From the NCBI RefSeq assembly GCF_009914755.1, contig NC_060943.1: a DNA stretch of 64,000 bases; one strand, written 5' to 3'. Source of the stretch: the human T2T-CHM13v2.0 reference genome, Homo sapiens. A program made the translations under genes and the position numbers. How positions within the stretch are numbered: the stretch's first letter is position 1; each line of letters opens with the position of its first letter. Below are positions 43,606-61,300 of this stretch, piece by piece. A model generated the notes under the pieces. It worked only from the letters and a program-made list of their open reading frames with translations. It had not been told where the DNA came from and made no database searches.

Positions 43606-46177
43606 GTCTACAATATACTTTTACATTTATGATTTAGGTGATGTGTTCTTCTCTTTCTGTCAGGTGCGGGATGGTTAAATATCACTGGACCTAGCACCTA
43701 GGGAATGTGACTCTTGTCTTTTGCATCAGCCCCACTCGTTTTGAGAACTGTAACATATCACTGGGCCAAACACCTAGAAGATGGGAAGTGTCTGCCTATG
43801 CCCTGCAAACAGGGCTTTAGCCCTACCACTCTCAAGAGCCTCGTGACATATCTCTGCATTCATCATCTAGGAGATGTGACTCCTCCCTGCTGCCTGCACT
43901 CTGCCTACAGGGAAGACCATAACAACATTTGGCCCAGCAACACGGTGATGTGTTTTTTCCCAGGGCCTTGCTCACAGGGAGCATTGTGACATATCACTGG
44001 AACCAGCATCCAGGGCTGTGACTCTGTGTCCTGCTGTTAGAACAGGATTGTAACATATCACTGGCCAAGCACCCAGGTGATGTGACCCTTCTGCCTGGTG
44101 CCTGCCTTCAGGGAAAATTGTGACATATGCCTGGCCTAGCACCAAAGTGATGTGGCTCTCCTGCTACCTCTATGCACAGGTGGGATTGTGACATATACCT
44201 TCATTCAGCTCATAGGTGAGGTGATAACTCTCATACCACAAACCAAACAGTAGGAGAGATGCTGTCTGTCAAAGCTAAGCTTACAGAAATACACAAGATT
44301 CAGGGACTTTTCTTTGTATAAACATTATAGTAGATTACTGCTCTCTTGTATATAATATAAACTTCTCAGGTGGTACAGAGAGTGTCATCACAGGGCCCAG
44401 CGCACAGGTGAGAATACATTATTTGTATGCACGCCCCACCACCCATTAGGATTTTCACCCTCAAACATGGAAAGAGCCTACTGGTAAGGTCTTGAATCTC
44501 ACACCTGGATGCAGTCTACAGTTGAAATTGTGATTGTCATAGGTGAATATCCAGCTGCAGTTGAGATGGTGACTCATTTCTAACTTAGCTCTGAGGCAGG
44601 TGAGGACTGTTTTATTTGGAACCAGCCAATTATAAAGATGTTGACTCTCATATTTGAGCTTAGTTCTACAGGTACAATCATGGGTCCATAACATCATGAA
44701 GGTCATAGAGCAGTTTGCAACTCTCATTAATACTGTAGAAGGCTCTTGGGTGGTACTGAGAGGGTCTTAGCAGAGCCCCGCACACAGGTGAGATTGTGAC
44801 ACTCATATGCACACCCAGCCAACAATAAAACTTTTCATCTTTCCACATGAACACAGCCCACTGTTGAGGTCCTGAGTCTCCCTTGTGAAAACAGTGCAAA
44901 GTTGAAAAATTGACTCTTATATGTGGATTTGGTTCACAGATGGGTTGGTGATGCTCAGACAAATATTCAGCACACCTGTGAGTCTGCGACTCCAGTAATC
45001 ATCCACAGTCTGCAGGAGAAATTGAGGCTCTCACCAACAAATCAAGTGCACAATTGAGATTGCGACTCTTGTACTCAGACCCAACATACAGAATGTGTTG
45101 ACTCTCAATTTTAAAACCAGAACATGTGTGAGATTATTAATCTGATCTCTAAACCATCCTGCAAGTGTGATTGTGACACAAGTCTCTGTTCAGTACTTGA
45201 GTGATTTGACTCCTTTGCCTGGGCCCAGTCCAAAGATGTAATTGTGACATATCGCTGAAACCAGCATATAGGAGATGTGTCTCCATACTCCTGCCTTGGT
45301 GCTGCCCACAGTGGGCACTGTGACATATCACTGGGCCTTGTATCCAAGTGATGTAAGTCTCTTCTTTCTTGATACTGACCACAGGAGACACTATGACATA
45401 TCCCTGGGCCTCAAGCTCAGCTTATGTCATTCTCCTATTTGTTCTCTGTCCACATGGGCCATTGTGACATACTGCTGAGTTTGGCATCCATGTGATATAA
45501 CACTTCAGCCTCAGCTTTGCTCACTTGGGGCATTGTGATGTATCTCTGCACCCATCACTTAGATGATTCAACTCTTTTCTTCTGTCTCATCTGTGCTTAA
45601 AACGGGCAATTGTTACCTATTGCTGGGTCCAGCATGTAGCTGATGTGTCTCTTCTCATCTTCCTAAGGACTGCCTGCAGGGGATATGGTGACATTTTACT
45701 TTGCCCAGCACCAAGATGACTTGAATCTGCTGCCTTTGTTCTACTTTCAGAAGACATTGTGACATATCGCTGGGCCTAGCACCAAGGTGATGTGAATCTT
45801 CTGCCTGAACCTGCTCACAGAGGGAATTGTTACATATTTTTGACTTCATCAACTATTTGAGGTGACTCTCCTCTCTAACCTGGGCCTTGCCCATAAAAAA
45901 CATTGTGGCTTATCTCTGGGCCCAAAACCTAGGTAATGTGACTGTCTTCTTAGGGTCATGCCCACAGTAGAGAGATGCCTTATTGCTAAACCCAGCACAC
46001 AGGTGAGGTGATTCTTCTGTCTGGTCCCTGCCCACAGGGGTCATGATGACATCTCTCTAAGCCCATCACCTAGATTATGTGAGTTCTCTTTTTCTTCTGT
46101 TAGCTATATAGAAGATTGTGACATATTGCTTGGCCCAGACCTCATGTGATGTGAATCTCCTCTCATGCCTTGGTCCT

Positions 46178-46493
46178 GTTTTTTTTTGGCCGTTGTTGTT
46201 TTGTTTTGTTTTTTGAGATGGAGTCTTGCTCTGTTGCCTAAGCTGGAGTGCAGTGGCATAATCTAGGCTCACTGCAACCTCTGCCTCCTGGGTTCAAGTT
46301 ATTCTCCTGCCTCAGCCCCTGAATAGCTAGGATTAAAGGTGAGTGCCACCACACTCAGCTAATTTTTGTATTTTTAGTAGAGATGGGGTTTCACCATGTT
46401 GGTTAGGCTGGTATTGAACTCCTGACTTCGTGATCAACTCGCCTCTGCCTCCCAAACTTTTGGGATTACAGGCATGAGCCACCATGCCCAGTC
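46178..46493 (-). mobile_element. AluS element without a recognisable TSD
   Basis: (GTT/GTTTT)n tail, gagatggagtcttgctctg...ccatgcccagtc. Confidence 0.92.
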
Positions 46494-47004
46494 AAGATGA
46501 TGATACATTTCTAAACCCAGGTTATAGGCAGGTGAGGGTTCTTCTACCTATACACACGTTTAAAGGGATGTTGAATCTCACACGTGGTCTCAGGGCCACA
46601 GGTACAAGCATGGGTCTTCACCAGCATGAATATCTCAGAGCATACTGCGACTCTCCAGTGTAATGTATAAAGCTCTCAGGTGGGACAGTGTCCTAACAGG
46701 ATCCAGAACACAGAAAAGATGTTGATGCTCCTATGCACACCCAGGTCACAGTAAAATATGTCATTTTCCCACATAATCATAGCCCAATGTTGAGATTCTG
46801 CATCTCACACCTGAAAGAAGCTGAAAGATGGAAAATTGACTTTCTTATATAGATCTGGTCTACAGGTAGGTTGGTGACATTCAGATCAAAATTAAGTACA
46901 CTTGTGAGGCTATAACTCTTCTAAGAAGACACAGCTCACAGGAGCAACTGATGCTCCTATGAACAAATCCAGTCCGTGATTGAGATTCTAACTCATGTAC
47001 TTAT

Positions 47005-47428
47005 TGTCAGGCCTCTGAGCCCAAGCTAAGCCATCATATCCCCTGTGACCTGCACGTATACATCCAGATGGCCTGAAGCAACCGAAGAGCCACAAAGGAA
47101 GTGAAAATAGCCGTAACTGATGACATTCCACCATTGTGATTTGTTCCTGCCCCACCCTAACTGATACGATATATTCTCCCTCTGCCCTGAAGAAGGTACT
47201 TTGTAATAGTCTCCCCCCACCTTAAAAAGGTACTTTGTAATATTCTCCCCACCCGTGAGAATGTACTTTGTACACCTATCCCAAACCTATAAGAACTAAT
47301 GATAATCCCACCACCCTTTGCTGACCCCTTTTTTGGACTCAGCCCACCTGCACCCAGGTGAAATAAACAGCCTTGTTGCTCACACAAAGCCTGTTTGGTG
47401 GACTCTCTTCACAGGGATGTGCATGACA
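47005..47428 (+). mobile_element. HERV-H solo LTR (LTR7 family)
   Basis: tgtcaggcctctgagcccaagctaagccatc ... tataa ... aaataaacagccttgttgctcacacaaagcctgtttggtgg ... catgaca; three internal gtactttgta repeats; TSD cttat/cttag. Confidence 0.92.
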
Positions 47429-50400
47429 CTTAGACCCAACATACAGCAGGTGTTGACTCTAATGACTAGAACCAGGACATATGCTAGATTGTTAATCTCA
47501 TCCCTGAAATTTTCTGCAGATGTCATTGGGACATACACCTGTGCCCAACAGCTGAGTGATTTGTCTCTCTTGCTTGGTCACAGCTCACAGGGGCCATTGT
47601 AAAATACTGCTGATCCTGTTATCCAGGTGATGTGAGTCCCCTCACCTGCTTTGGCACTGCCCACAGGGAACATTATGACATATGACTGGGACCTGCACCC
47701 AGGTTATGTGACTTTTATGTTTGTGCTCTGCCCACATAAGACACTGTAACGTATTGCCAGTCCAACATCCAGATGATTTAACTCTCCTGCCTGAGCTCTG
47801 CCTACAAAGAGCATTGGGACATATCCCTTCACCCATCTTTCAGGTGATGGGACTCTATGTTCTTGCCTGGTCCCTGCTTACAAGGGATATTTTGACATAT
47901 CACTGGGCCTAGCACCTAGCAGGTGTCTTTTCTCTTCTGCCAGAGTTCTGCCCAAAGACGAGATTGTGACATATGACTGGTTCCAACAGCATGGTGACAT
48001 GACTCTTTTGTCTTGACCCTGCCCTCAGAAGACATTGTGACATATTGCTTGACTCAGCATCAAAGTAATGTGAGTCTCCTGCCTGGACTCTTCCCACAGG
48101 AGGCATTGTAACATGTCTCTGGATGCACCAATCATTTGATGAAACTCTACTCTCTTATTTGGGATATGCCTATTAGAGAGACTGTGACATATATCTGGGC
48201 TCAGCACCTAGACGATGTGAATCTTGTTCCATGCCTGAGCACTGCATATATTGTGTATTGTGACACACGGCTGAGCCAACACCTAGGTAATGCTGCTTTT
48301 CAGGATAGGTTCTTCCAACTGTAGTATTGTAACATATCTTTTCATTTATCTTCTAAGCGATGTGACTCTTTTTTCTGTCTGGGCCCTGCCAAAAAAGAAG
48401 ACCATGACATATCACTGGACCCACCACCTAGGTGATGTGAGTCTTCTCTTTTACCTGGGCCTCTCATATTTTGAGTATTGTGACATATTGCTAGGCCCAA
48501 CACCTAGGGTATGGGAAGCTCTTGCCTAAACCCTACTCGCAGAAAACCTTGTGACGTATCTCTTCATACATTACCTAGGAGATGTGACTTTCTTCTGCTT
48601 GCACCCTACCCATAGGAAACATTGTGACATATAGCTAGGAGCAGCACCCAGGTGATGTGACTCTCCTGCCTGGTCTCTGTCCTTAGGGAATATTGAGAAA
48701 TATCTCTAGACTCAAACCCACATGGTGTGACTCTGCTGCTCACTCCCTATCCAAAGGTGGAATTGTGACATATGTCTTTACTCAGGTAACAGATGTGATG
48801 ATCACTCTCATTCCTCAAACCTTCCAATAGGAGAAATACTGTCTTTTGTAGGTAGGTACTGAGAGTGTCAGCACAGGGCACAGCACACAATTGAGATTGT
48901 GTTTTATATATTTACACTGTGGCAGTCATTAAGGTGATCACCCTCACACATAGACTGAGCCCACTGGAGAGGTTCTGAATCCCAAATGCAGATGCAATCT
49001 ACAGTTGCAATTGTGACAGAACAGTCAGCACCTGTTAGGATAGTGATTCATTTCAGTAGGCAAAGACTTTTCTATCTGGAATCCACCAATGGAAGAGATG
49101 TTGACCCTCATGCCTGGGCTTAAAGCCACAGGTAAAATCATGAATCCATACTAGTATGAAGGTTTCAGAACAGATTGTGACTCTCGTGCATACCACATAA
49201 AACCCTTGTGTGGTACAGAGAGTGTCCTAACAGGGCTGAGGAATCAGATGAGATTATAACACCTGTATGCACATCCAGCTGATAGTAAAAAATTGTCATC
49301 CTCCCACATGAACACAGCCCTCTTTTGAAGTTCTTAATTTCATACCCTGTGGCAGTGGAAAGTTGGAAAACTGACTATCATCCATGGATCCAATCCACAG
49401 GTGGGTTGTTTAACCTCAAACATTCAGCACACATGTGAGGCTGTGACTCCACAAAGAGGACAGAGTTTGCAGGAGGGATTGAGGCTGTCATGTATGGATC
49501 TACTCTCTCATTAAGATTGTGTGACTCCTGCTTTTAGAGCCAACACACAGGAGGTGTTGACTCTCATAAATAAAACCTAGATGGGTTCAAGATTGCCAAT
49601 CACATCCCTGGACCTTCTTAGGTGTCATTGTGACATAAGCCTCTGCCCAGGACCTTAGTAATTTGACTCCCTTGCTTGGGGTCAGACAACAGACAGAAAT
49701 ATGACACATCCATGGACCCAGCACCTAGGTGATGTGACTTTATTCTTTTGCTGTGGCTCCCCCCGTAGAGAGCATTTTCACACATCAAGGTGCTCTGTAC
49801 ACAGGTTATGTGACTCTTTTGCCTGTGTCCAGACAACGTTGGCCATTGTGACATATTGCAGGGTCCAACACCCAAAGGAAGTAACTCTTATGACTGGGTT
49901 CTATCTACAGAGGGCACTGTTACATATTTCTGTGCTCATCATTCAGTTGATGTGACTCTCCTCTCCTGCCTGGGCCATGCCTTCAGGAGAGTGGGAGATA
50001 GGGAGAGTGACTTATTGCTAGGCCCAGAACACAGGTGATATAATACTTCTTCCAGGTCTCCTTCTTCAAGTGTTACTATAATATATCGTTAGTCCCATCA
50101 CATAGATGATATGACACTTCCGTTTTTTTCTGCAACTTATGCACAGTGTGGATTGTGAAATATCACTTGGCTTAGCACCTACATGGTGTGATTCTCTTCT
50201 CATGACTAGGTCTTGTCCACTGCGTTGGTTGTGACATAAAGCTGGGCCCAGTCACTAGGTTATGTGACTCTCCTCTTTTTCCTGAGCCCTACCCACAAGA
50301 GGCATTAAGACATATCTCTGGGCCCATTCACCTTGGTGATGTGAATCTACTCCCTGGGACACCCCCGCCCCAGGGGTATTATGAAATATTGCTGGACCCA

Positions 50401-52694
50401 GCACCTCGTGATATGACTCTTCTCTTTTGCCTGGGCATTGCATACATGTGTATTGTAATATATCGCTATGTTAAACACCTGGGTGATGTGACTTTCCTGC
50501 ATAAGCTCTGTCCATAGGCATATGATGGTATCTCATTTTGTTCATCACCTAGGTGATGCGACTCTACTCTTTTCCTGAGCCCTGCAAAAAGAAGAGATTG
50601 TGATATATCACTGAACTGAGCACCTTGGTGATGTGACTATCCTCTCTTGCTCAAGTGTCACATATTATTGGTATTGTGACATACCTCTGTGACCAACACC
50701 TATGGGTAGGAAAACTTCCACCCAGACTCAGCCCAAGGGGCCCTCATGACTTTTTTAAAAGATATGTGACTTGAAAAATGTGACTGTCTTCTGCCTATAC
50801 CCTGCCCTCGGGGAAGATTGTGGCATATTACTGAACTAGGCAACCTAGTGATGTGTCTCTTTTGACAGGGGTTTGCCCACATAGACAATTGTGACATATC
50901 ACTGGGCTCAGGACCCAGGTGATGTGACTCTGCTGCCTGTTCCCAACGTTCAAGAGAGGATTGTAACATATCCCTGGCCAAGAACTCAGGTGATTTGACT
51001 CTCCTGCCTTGTCCCTGTCCTCAGAGAAGATTGTGATATATCTTCAGCCCCAAACCCAGGTCATGTGACTTCCCTACTCGCTCCCTATTCAGAGGAGAAA
51101 CTATTACATATATCCTGGGCCAGCTCACAGGTGTGATGACAATTCTCATACCTCAAACAAGCCAATAGAAGAGATACTGTTTCTCATTGCTAGGCTTAGA
51201 AAAACTGGTAAAATACCTGTGTCTCTTTGTATGAAGGTCATAGAGAACTACCACAAACTTGTATATGGAATAAAACCCTTCAGTGGTACAGAGAGTGTCA
51301 TCACATGTCCCAAAACAAAGAGGATATTGCGTTTCTTGTATGCACATCCAGCCAGCTGTTAGGATTGTCACCCTAACACCTGGATACAACCCATTGGTGA
51401 GGTCTTGTGTCTCACATGCAGATGCAATCTACAGTTTGATTCCTGACTGTCATATGTAAACACCTGTCCAAAGTTGGGATGCTGACTCATTTCTAGACCC
51501 AGCTCATAGACAAGTGAGGACTCTCCTGTCTGGGTCCAGTCAATTTGAGAAATATTGACTTTTCTACCTGGGCTTAGGGAGCAGTACAAAGGTCTCAGGG
51601 CAAATTGTGGCTCTCATTCCTATTCTACAATGATCTTGGGTAGTATAGAGAATGTCCTAACAGGGTTCAGCACACAGGTAAGATTGTGACAGTGATATCC
51701 ACACCCAGCTGACAGTAAAAATTGACATCTTTCCTCATGAATACAGCCCACTGAATACAGCCCACTGTTGAGGCATTGAATCTCATAACCAAAGGCAGTG
51801 GAAAATTGAAACATTGTCTCTTGCTTGTAGACCCAATCCACAGGTGGATTGGTTACTCTCAGATCAAAATTCAGCACACTTATGAGGCCATCACTCCAGT
51901 AAGAAAACAGAATTTGCAGAACAAATTGAGGCTTCCATGCACAAATTCAGCCCACTACTGAGACTGTGACTCATTTACTTAGACCCAACATATAGGAAGT
52001 GTTGACTCTTATACCTAGAATTGGGACATGTGTAAGATTGTTCATCTTTTCCTTAGACTTTCCTGCAGGAGTGATGCTGACATGTTCCTCTATTTGGCAT
52101 CTGAGTGATATGACCCTTGCCATGGTCTAGCCCACAGATGGAATTGTGATGTGTTGCTCTACCCAGCACCTAGGTGATGTGACTCCATTTTTCTGCCTTG
52201 ACACTGTCCATAAAAGGTATTTTGACATATCTCTGGGATATGTACCCAGGTTACATGACTCTCCTGCCTGTGTCCTGTCCACAAATTATGAAATATTACT
52301 GGGTCCAACACCCAGGGATGTAACTCTCATGCCTAGGCCCTGCCAACAGGGGGCATTATGACAAATCTGTGTGCCAATAACCCAGGTAATGTGACTCTCT
52401 TTTTTTGCATGGTCCCTTCTCACAGGGGGCATTATGACATATTGCTGAACTCAGCATCTAACTGATGTGATTCTCCTTTCTACTTTTTGCCCACAGTGGA
52501 GATTGTGACATATCACTGGGCCTCAAACTAATGTGATGTTACACTTTCATTTTTGAACTGAACTCAGAGGGCACTGTGACATATTCCTGGGAACAGCACC
52601 AAGGTTATGTGAGTCTTCTGCTTGCACTTTGCCCACAAAAGGCGTTGTAACATATCTTTAGACCTGTCAACTATTTGATGTGACTTATTTTTTT

Positions 52695-55312
<2,618 letters not shown>

Positions 55313-55314
55313 CA

Positions 55315-58300
55315 CACATGCACACAGTGCACTGATGAGGTCTTCAACCTCATAGGTGGATGCAGTTCAGTTGGAATTGTGACTGTCATATGTGAACATC
55401 CAGCCACAATTGGGATGGTGACTCATCTCTAAACCCAGCTCATAGACAGTTGAGAAATCTTCTATCTGAACCAAATCTACTGAAGAGATGTTGACTCTCA
55501 TGAATGAGCTTAGGGTCACAGGTACAATCAAGGGTGCATGCTAGCATGAAGGTCTCAGAGCAGATTTTGACTTTCATGCGTACCATACAAATACTTTGAA
55601 TGGTAGAGATGGTGTGCCCACGAGGCCCAGCACACAGGTAACATTGTGATACTCCTATGCACAGGTAGTCAATAGTAAAGACTGTCATTTTTCCAAATGA
55701 ATACAGCCCACTGTTGAGGTCCTGAATCTCCCACCCAGAGGCAGTGGAAAGTTGGAGAATTAACTCTCATGCGTGGATCTGATACATAGGTGAGTTGGTG
55801 ACTCTCAAAGACTCCCCACGGCTGTCAGGCTGTGACTTCACTAAGGGAACACAGGTTTCAGGAGAGATTTAGTCTCTTGTGTACAAATTCAGTCCCTTGT
55901 TGAGACTGTGACTCATGTGCTTAGACCAAACCTACAGGTGTTGACTCTCATACCTGGAACTGGAACATGTGTGGGATTAATCTTATCCCTGGACCTTCCT
56001 ATAGGTGTGAATCTGATGTATGCCTCTGTCCAGAATCTGAGTGATTTGACTCTCCTGCCTGGGTCCAGCCTTCAGCAGAGATCATGACATATCACGTGGT
56101 GCAGCACTTAGCTGATGTAACCTATTCTCTTGCCTTGGCTCTGCCCATAGAAGGCATTGTGATGTATTGCCAGGCCCTTCACCCAGGTTATGTGATTTCT
56201 GCCTGTGCCCTAACCACATTGGCTATATTGACATATTGCACTGTCCGATACCCAGGTGATGTTACTTTTCTGCCTGGGCCCTTCCTACAGGGGACATTAT
56301 AAAATATCTCTGTGCCCATCACCTATGTGTTTTGACTTTCTTCTCCTGCATGGTTTCTGATCACAGGAGGAATTGGGACATATCCCTGGGCTCAGCACCC
56401 AGTTGATGTGACTCTTCCTTTTTTTTCTATGTTCTGCTAACACAAAAGATACTGACATATTGATGGGCCCAACACCAAGGTGATACTACTCTTTCACTTT
56501 GGCCCTACCCTCAGAAGGCATGGCAACATATTGCTGGGCCCAAAGCAAAAGAGATTTGAGTCCTTTGCCTGGACCCTCCTTGCAGGGGGCATTGTGATAT
56601 ATCTCTGGGTCCATTGACTGTTTGATCTGAGTCTCCTCTCTTTCCTGGGCTTTGCCTATAGTAGACACTGTGATGTATCTCTGGGCTGTGCACCCAGCTA
56701 ATTTGACTTGCCTCTTCTGTCTGGGCCATGACTACAGATAAGAGTGATTTATCAGGACCCAGCACACAAGTGATGTGGTTCTTCTGCCTGCTTTCTGCCC
56801 ACAGGCATCATTGATACATACCTGTGGTCCCAAAAATGCAGATAATGTGACTCTTTTTTAGGGCGGGAAGGGATATGTCCACAGTGGGGATTTTGACATA
56901 TTGCTTGGCACAGCATTTATGTTACTTGACTCTCCTCTCATGCTTAGGCTCTACCCACTGGGGTAATTGTGACATATATCTGGGTGCAGCCCCTAGGTTT
57001 TATGGCTATCCTCTTTTCCATGATCCCTACTCATAGCATACATTGTGACATATCTCTGGTTTTCTCACCTAGTTTATGTGACTTTCTTGTCTATGCCCTT
57101 CCATCACAGGGTATTGTGACATATTGCTAGGCCCATTATCTAGATGATGTGACTCTCTTTGCTTGCCTGTGCACCACCCAAAAGGGACATTGTGACACGT
57201 CTCTGAACCAATTTCCTACATAATATGCCTCTTCATTGCTGCCTGAGAAATGCCCCCAAAGAGGATTGTGACATGTCTCTGGGCCCAGAACCTGAATGTT
57301 GTGACTCTCCTGCCTTGACATAGAGGAAATATTATGATATGTCACTCGGCCCTGCACACAAATGATGTTACTCTCCTGCCTGGGCCTTGCTTATAGAGGG
57401 GATTGAGACATTTTACAGGTGAGGAATTAAAGTGACATCATTCTCATTTCTCAGCCTTTCCTGCAGGTAAGATTGTGACATATTACTCAGCCCAGCACAC
57501 AGATGAAATTTTTCCTCTTGTATGCAAACCCAGCCAACAGGGGCTATTGTCACCATAACACATGAATAAAGACCACTGTTGAGGTCCTGAATCTTATATG
57601 TGAACACATCAACAGTTGGAATCGTGACTGTCATATGTATATCTTGCCGTAAGTGGGATGGTGACTCATTTCTGGACTCAGCTCACAGGAATAGTGATGA
57701 CTCTGATACCTGGACCAAGCCAGTAAGAGAGATGTTGACTCTGGTAGCTAGACTTAGGGGTCTGGGTCTTTTACTTGTAGGAAGGCAACAGAAGATTATG
57801 AAACTTACACATATGGTATAAAGCTCTTGGGGAATACAGAGTGTCATTACAGGGCCCAGTCCACAGGTGAGATTGTAACCCTCCTATATACATCTGGCCA
57901 ACAATTTGAATTGCCACCTTCACATATAGACCGAGCCCATTGCTGAGGTCCTGAATCTCACACATAAACCTATTTCACCATTGAAATTGTTACTGTCATA
58001 TGTGGATTCAGCCACAGGTTGGATGATGACAAATTTCTGAACCCAACCCACTTGCACAATGAACCCAGCCAGCAGAAGATGTGTTGATTTTGAGGCTTAG
58101 GGCAAGAAGCAAGGTTTTGTGTTTCTCACTTGTATGAAAGTCACAGAAAATTTTCAAACTCACTCATGTTGTATAATGCCCTCAGGTTGTACGGAGAGTG
58201 TCATTACATAACTCAGCACAAAGTGGAGATTGTGACTCTCAAGCGCACACCAAGCCAAGAGTAAAAATTGTCATAGACACACATAGACAGAACCCACTGG

Positions 58301-61300
58301 TGAGGTCTTGAATCTCATTCTCAGATGAGTCTACAGTTTGAATTTTTAATGTCATGTTTGGATCCAGCCACAGGTGGGAGAGTGACTCATATCTGAACCC
58401 AACTAAGAGGCACAGTCATGATTTTCATACCTGGACCCAGCCAATATGAGAGGTGTTGACTCTCATACCTGGACTTAGGAAAAGAGGTAAGATCATGAGT
58501 TTATACCAGCACCAATGTCTCAAAGGGGATTGTGACTCTCGCCCAAACAATGCAAAGCCCTATGGAGGTAAAGAGAGTGTGATAAGAGGACCCAGAACAC
58601 AGCTGAAATTGTGATTCTTATATGCACTTCCAGCCCACAGTAAAAAGTGTCACCCTCCCACATGAATAGAGACCACTGATGAGCTTCTGAATTGTACATC
58701 TGGATGCAGTTGAAAGCTGGAATTCTGATTCTCGTATGTGCATTTTGTCCAGAGGTAGATGATGACTCTAGGATCAGGGTTCATCACACAGGTGAGGCTT
58801 TGGCTCTGATATAAGGACACAGCCTGCAGGTGGAATTGGGACTCTCATGCATGAATCTAGTCCATCATTGAGATTGTGACTCATGTACTTGGATGCAACT
58901 CACAGGAGGTGTTGACTCTTTTACCTGAAGCTGGGACACATGTGGAATTGTGAATCTTAGCCCTGGACCTTCCCACAAGTGTTGTGACATATACTTTGGC
59001 CTAGCACCTAAGTGATTTTACTTCCCTGCCTGGACCCAGCCCTCAGAGGGGATTGTGACAGATACCTGGGTCAAACACCTAGGTGATGTGACTCTCATGC
59101 TTGAGCCCTATCCACAGAAGGTGCTGTAGAATATCACTGGGCTCAGTGCTTAGGTCATGTGTATCTTATTTTCAGCCAGGGCCCTGCCCACAGAGCCATT
59201 GTGAGATATCACTGAGCCCAGCACCTCCGTGATGTGACTGTATGGCCTGGGCCCTGCCCACAGTAGGTATTGTGACTTACCTCTGAACTCATTACCTAGG
59301 TGATGTGACTTTCCTCTTTTGCCTGCATTCTGCCCCCTCAAAATGGCCTGTGACATACCACAGGTCTTAGCACTTAGGTGATATGATTCTCCTCTGCTGC
59401 CTGGGCCCTAGCCGTAGGAGAGATTGACTCATTTTACTGAGCTGAGATTGCAGGTAATGTAAGCTTCTATCCTAGGCCCTGCCCACAGGAGGTATGGTGA
59501 TATATCTCTGTGGCCATAATTTAGGTGCTGTGACTCTTCTATTCTCTTCAGGCCATGCCAGTTGAGGGGGATTGTGACATATCGTTGGACCAGCACAAGG
59601 GAAATTGAAAACTCCTGCCTAGGCCATTCCCATAGAAGGCATTGTGACATATCACTGGTCACAGCACACAGGTAATTTGACTCTCCTTCCTGGGCCTTGC
59701 CCATAGGAGATATTGTAGCATATCTTTAGCCCAGCACTTAAAATATGCGACCCTCCTAGCTGGTTTCTTTTCCACAGGTGAGAATTTTACATAAAACTGC
59801 ACCCAGCACACAGGTGAAATTGTGACTCTTGGATGTTCATCCAGCCAACAGTTATGAGTGTCATCATCGCACATGGACAGAGAACTCTGGTGAGGTCCTG
59901 AATCTTGTACACGGACATAGTCCACAGTTGGAATTTTGACTGTCATGTGTAGATCCAGCCACAGGTGTGATGTTGACCTGTTTATGGAGTTAGCTCACAG
60001 GCACAGTGAGAACTCTCATATCTTGACCCAGTCAATAGAAGAGATGCTGACTCTTATAGCTAGGCTTAAGGAAATTAATAGGGTCCTGGGTCTCCTACCT
60101 GTATGAAAGTCACAGAAGATTATGACACTCATGCATATTGTATAAAGCCCTCTGGTGGTATAGAGATTAATTAACAGGGCCCAGCACACAGGTGAGATTG
60201 TGACTTTGTTATGCAGACACCGCTGACAGTACCATCACCCTCACATATAAACAGAGCCCACTGGTGAGGTCCTAAATTTCATGCTCTGACACAGTTCACA
60301 GTTGGGATTGTGACTGTGATATTTCAATCTGATCACAGGTGAGATGGTGACTCATTTCTGGATCCAGCTTAGAAAATAGTGAAGGCTCTTTCACCTGGAC
60401 TCAGCCAAATGGAGAGATGTTGACTCTGTTAACTAGGCTTAGGGCAGCACATAAGGTTCTAGGTCTCCTGCTTGCATAAAGGTAGCAGAGGATTATGACA
60501 CTATACATATTGTACAAAGTCCCCCATTGGTCCTGAGAGGGTCATAACAGGGTCTGGCACACAGGTGAGACTGTGACTCTGGTATGCACACAGGCAGAGT
60601 AAGGATTATCAACCTCCTACATGGACACAGCCCACTGTTGAGATTCTGAATCTCACAACCAGAAGCAGTCAAAAGTTGGAGTTGTGACTCTCATAGGTGG
60701 ATGTGGTCCACAGCTGAGATGATGACCTCAGACCAGGAGGCAGCACACCTGGAGGCTGTGACTCCTCTACCGAGATGCAGTCTGCGGGTGTGATTGTGGC
60801 TGTCATGCACAAATCCAGTCCACCTTTGACATTGTGACACCCTTACTGAGACCCAGTTCACAGGAGGAGTTCACTCTGATACATAGAGCTGGGACATGTG
60901 TGGGATTGTAAATCTTATCACTTAACCTTTCTGCAGGTGTGATTGTGATATATAGCTTTGCCCAGCACCTGAGTAATTTAACTCTCTTGTCTGAGCCTGG
61001 CATACAGTTAGGATCTTAACATATACCTGGGCCAAGCACCTAGGTAGTGTGACTTTTTTTTGGGCCCTGCCCTCAGGGATAATTGTTACTTATCACTAAG
61101 TTCAGAACCTAGTGATGTGACATTTCTCTACTGTCTTGGTCCTACCCACAAAATAAAATTATATCACTGGGCCCAGCATCTAGGTAATGTGCCTCTACTC
61201 TTTTTCACAGGCCCTGTTTACAGTGGGCTTTGTGTCACATACATGAGCCCTGCTCAAAAGCGTGATGATGACTCTCATACATAAACCCAGCTGATAGAAG

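Larger units (their letters stand above)
43608..52690. repeat. Diverged beta-satellite-like array (block 5) with spacer units (~44220, ~46495 partial, ~48795, ~51130)
   Basis: Same monomer and spacer motifs. Confidence 0.85.
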
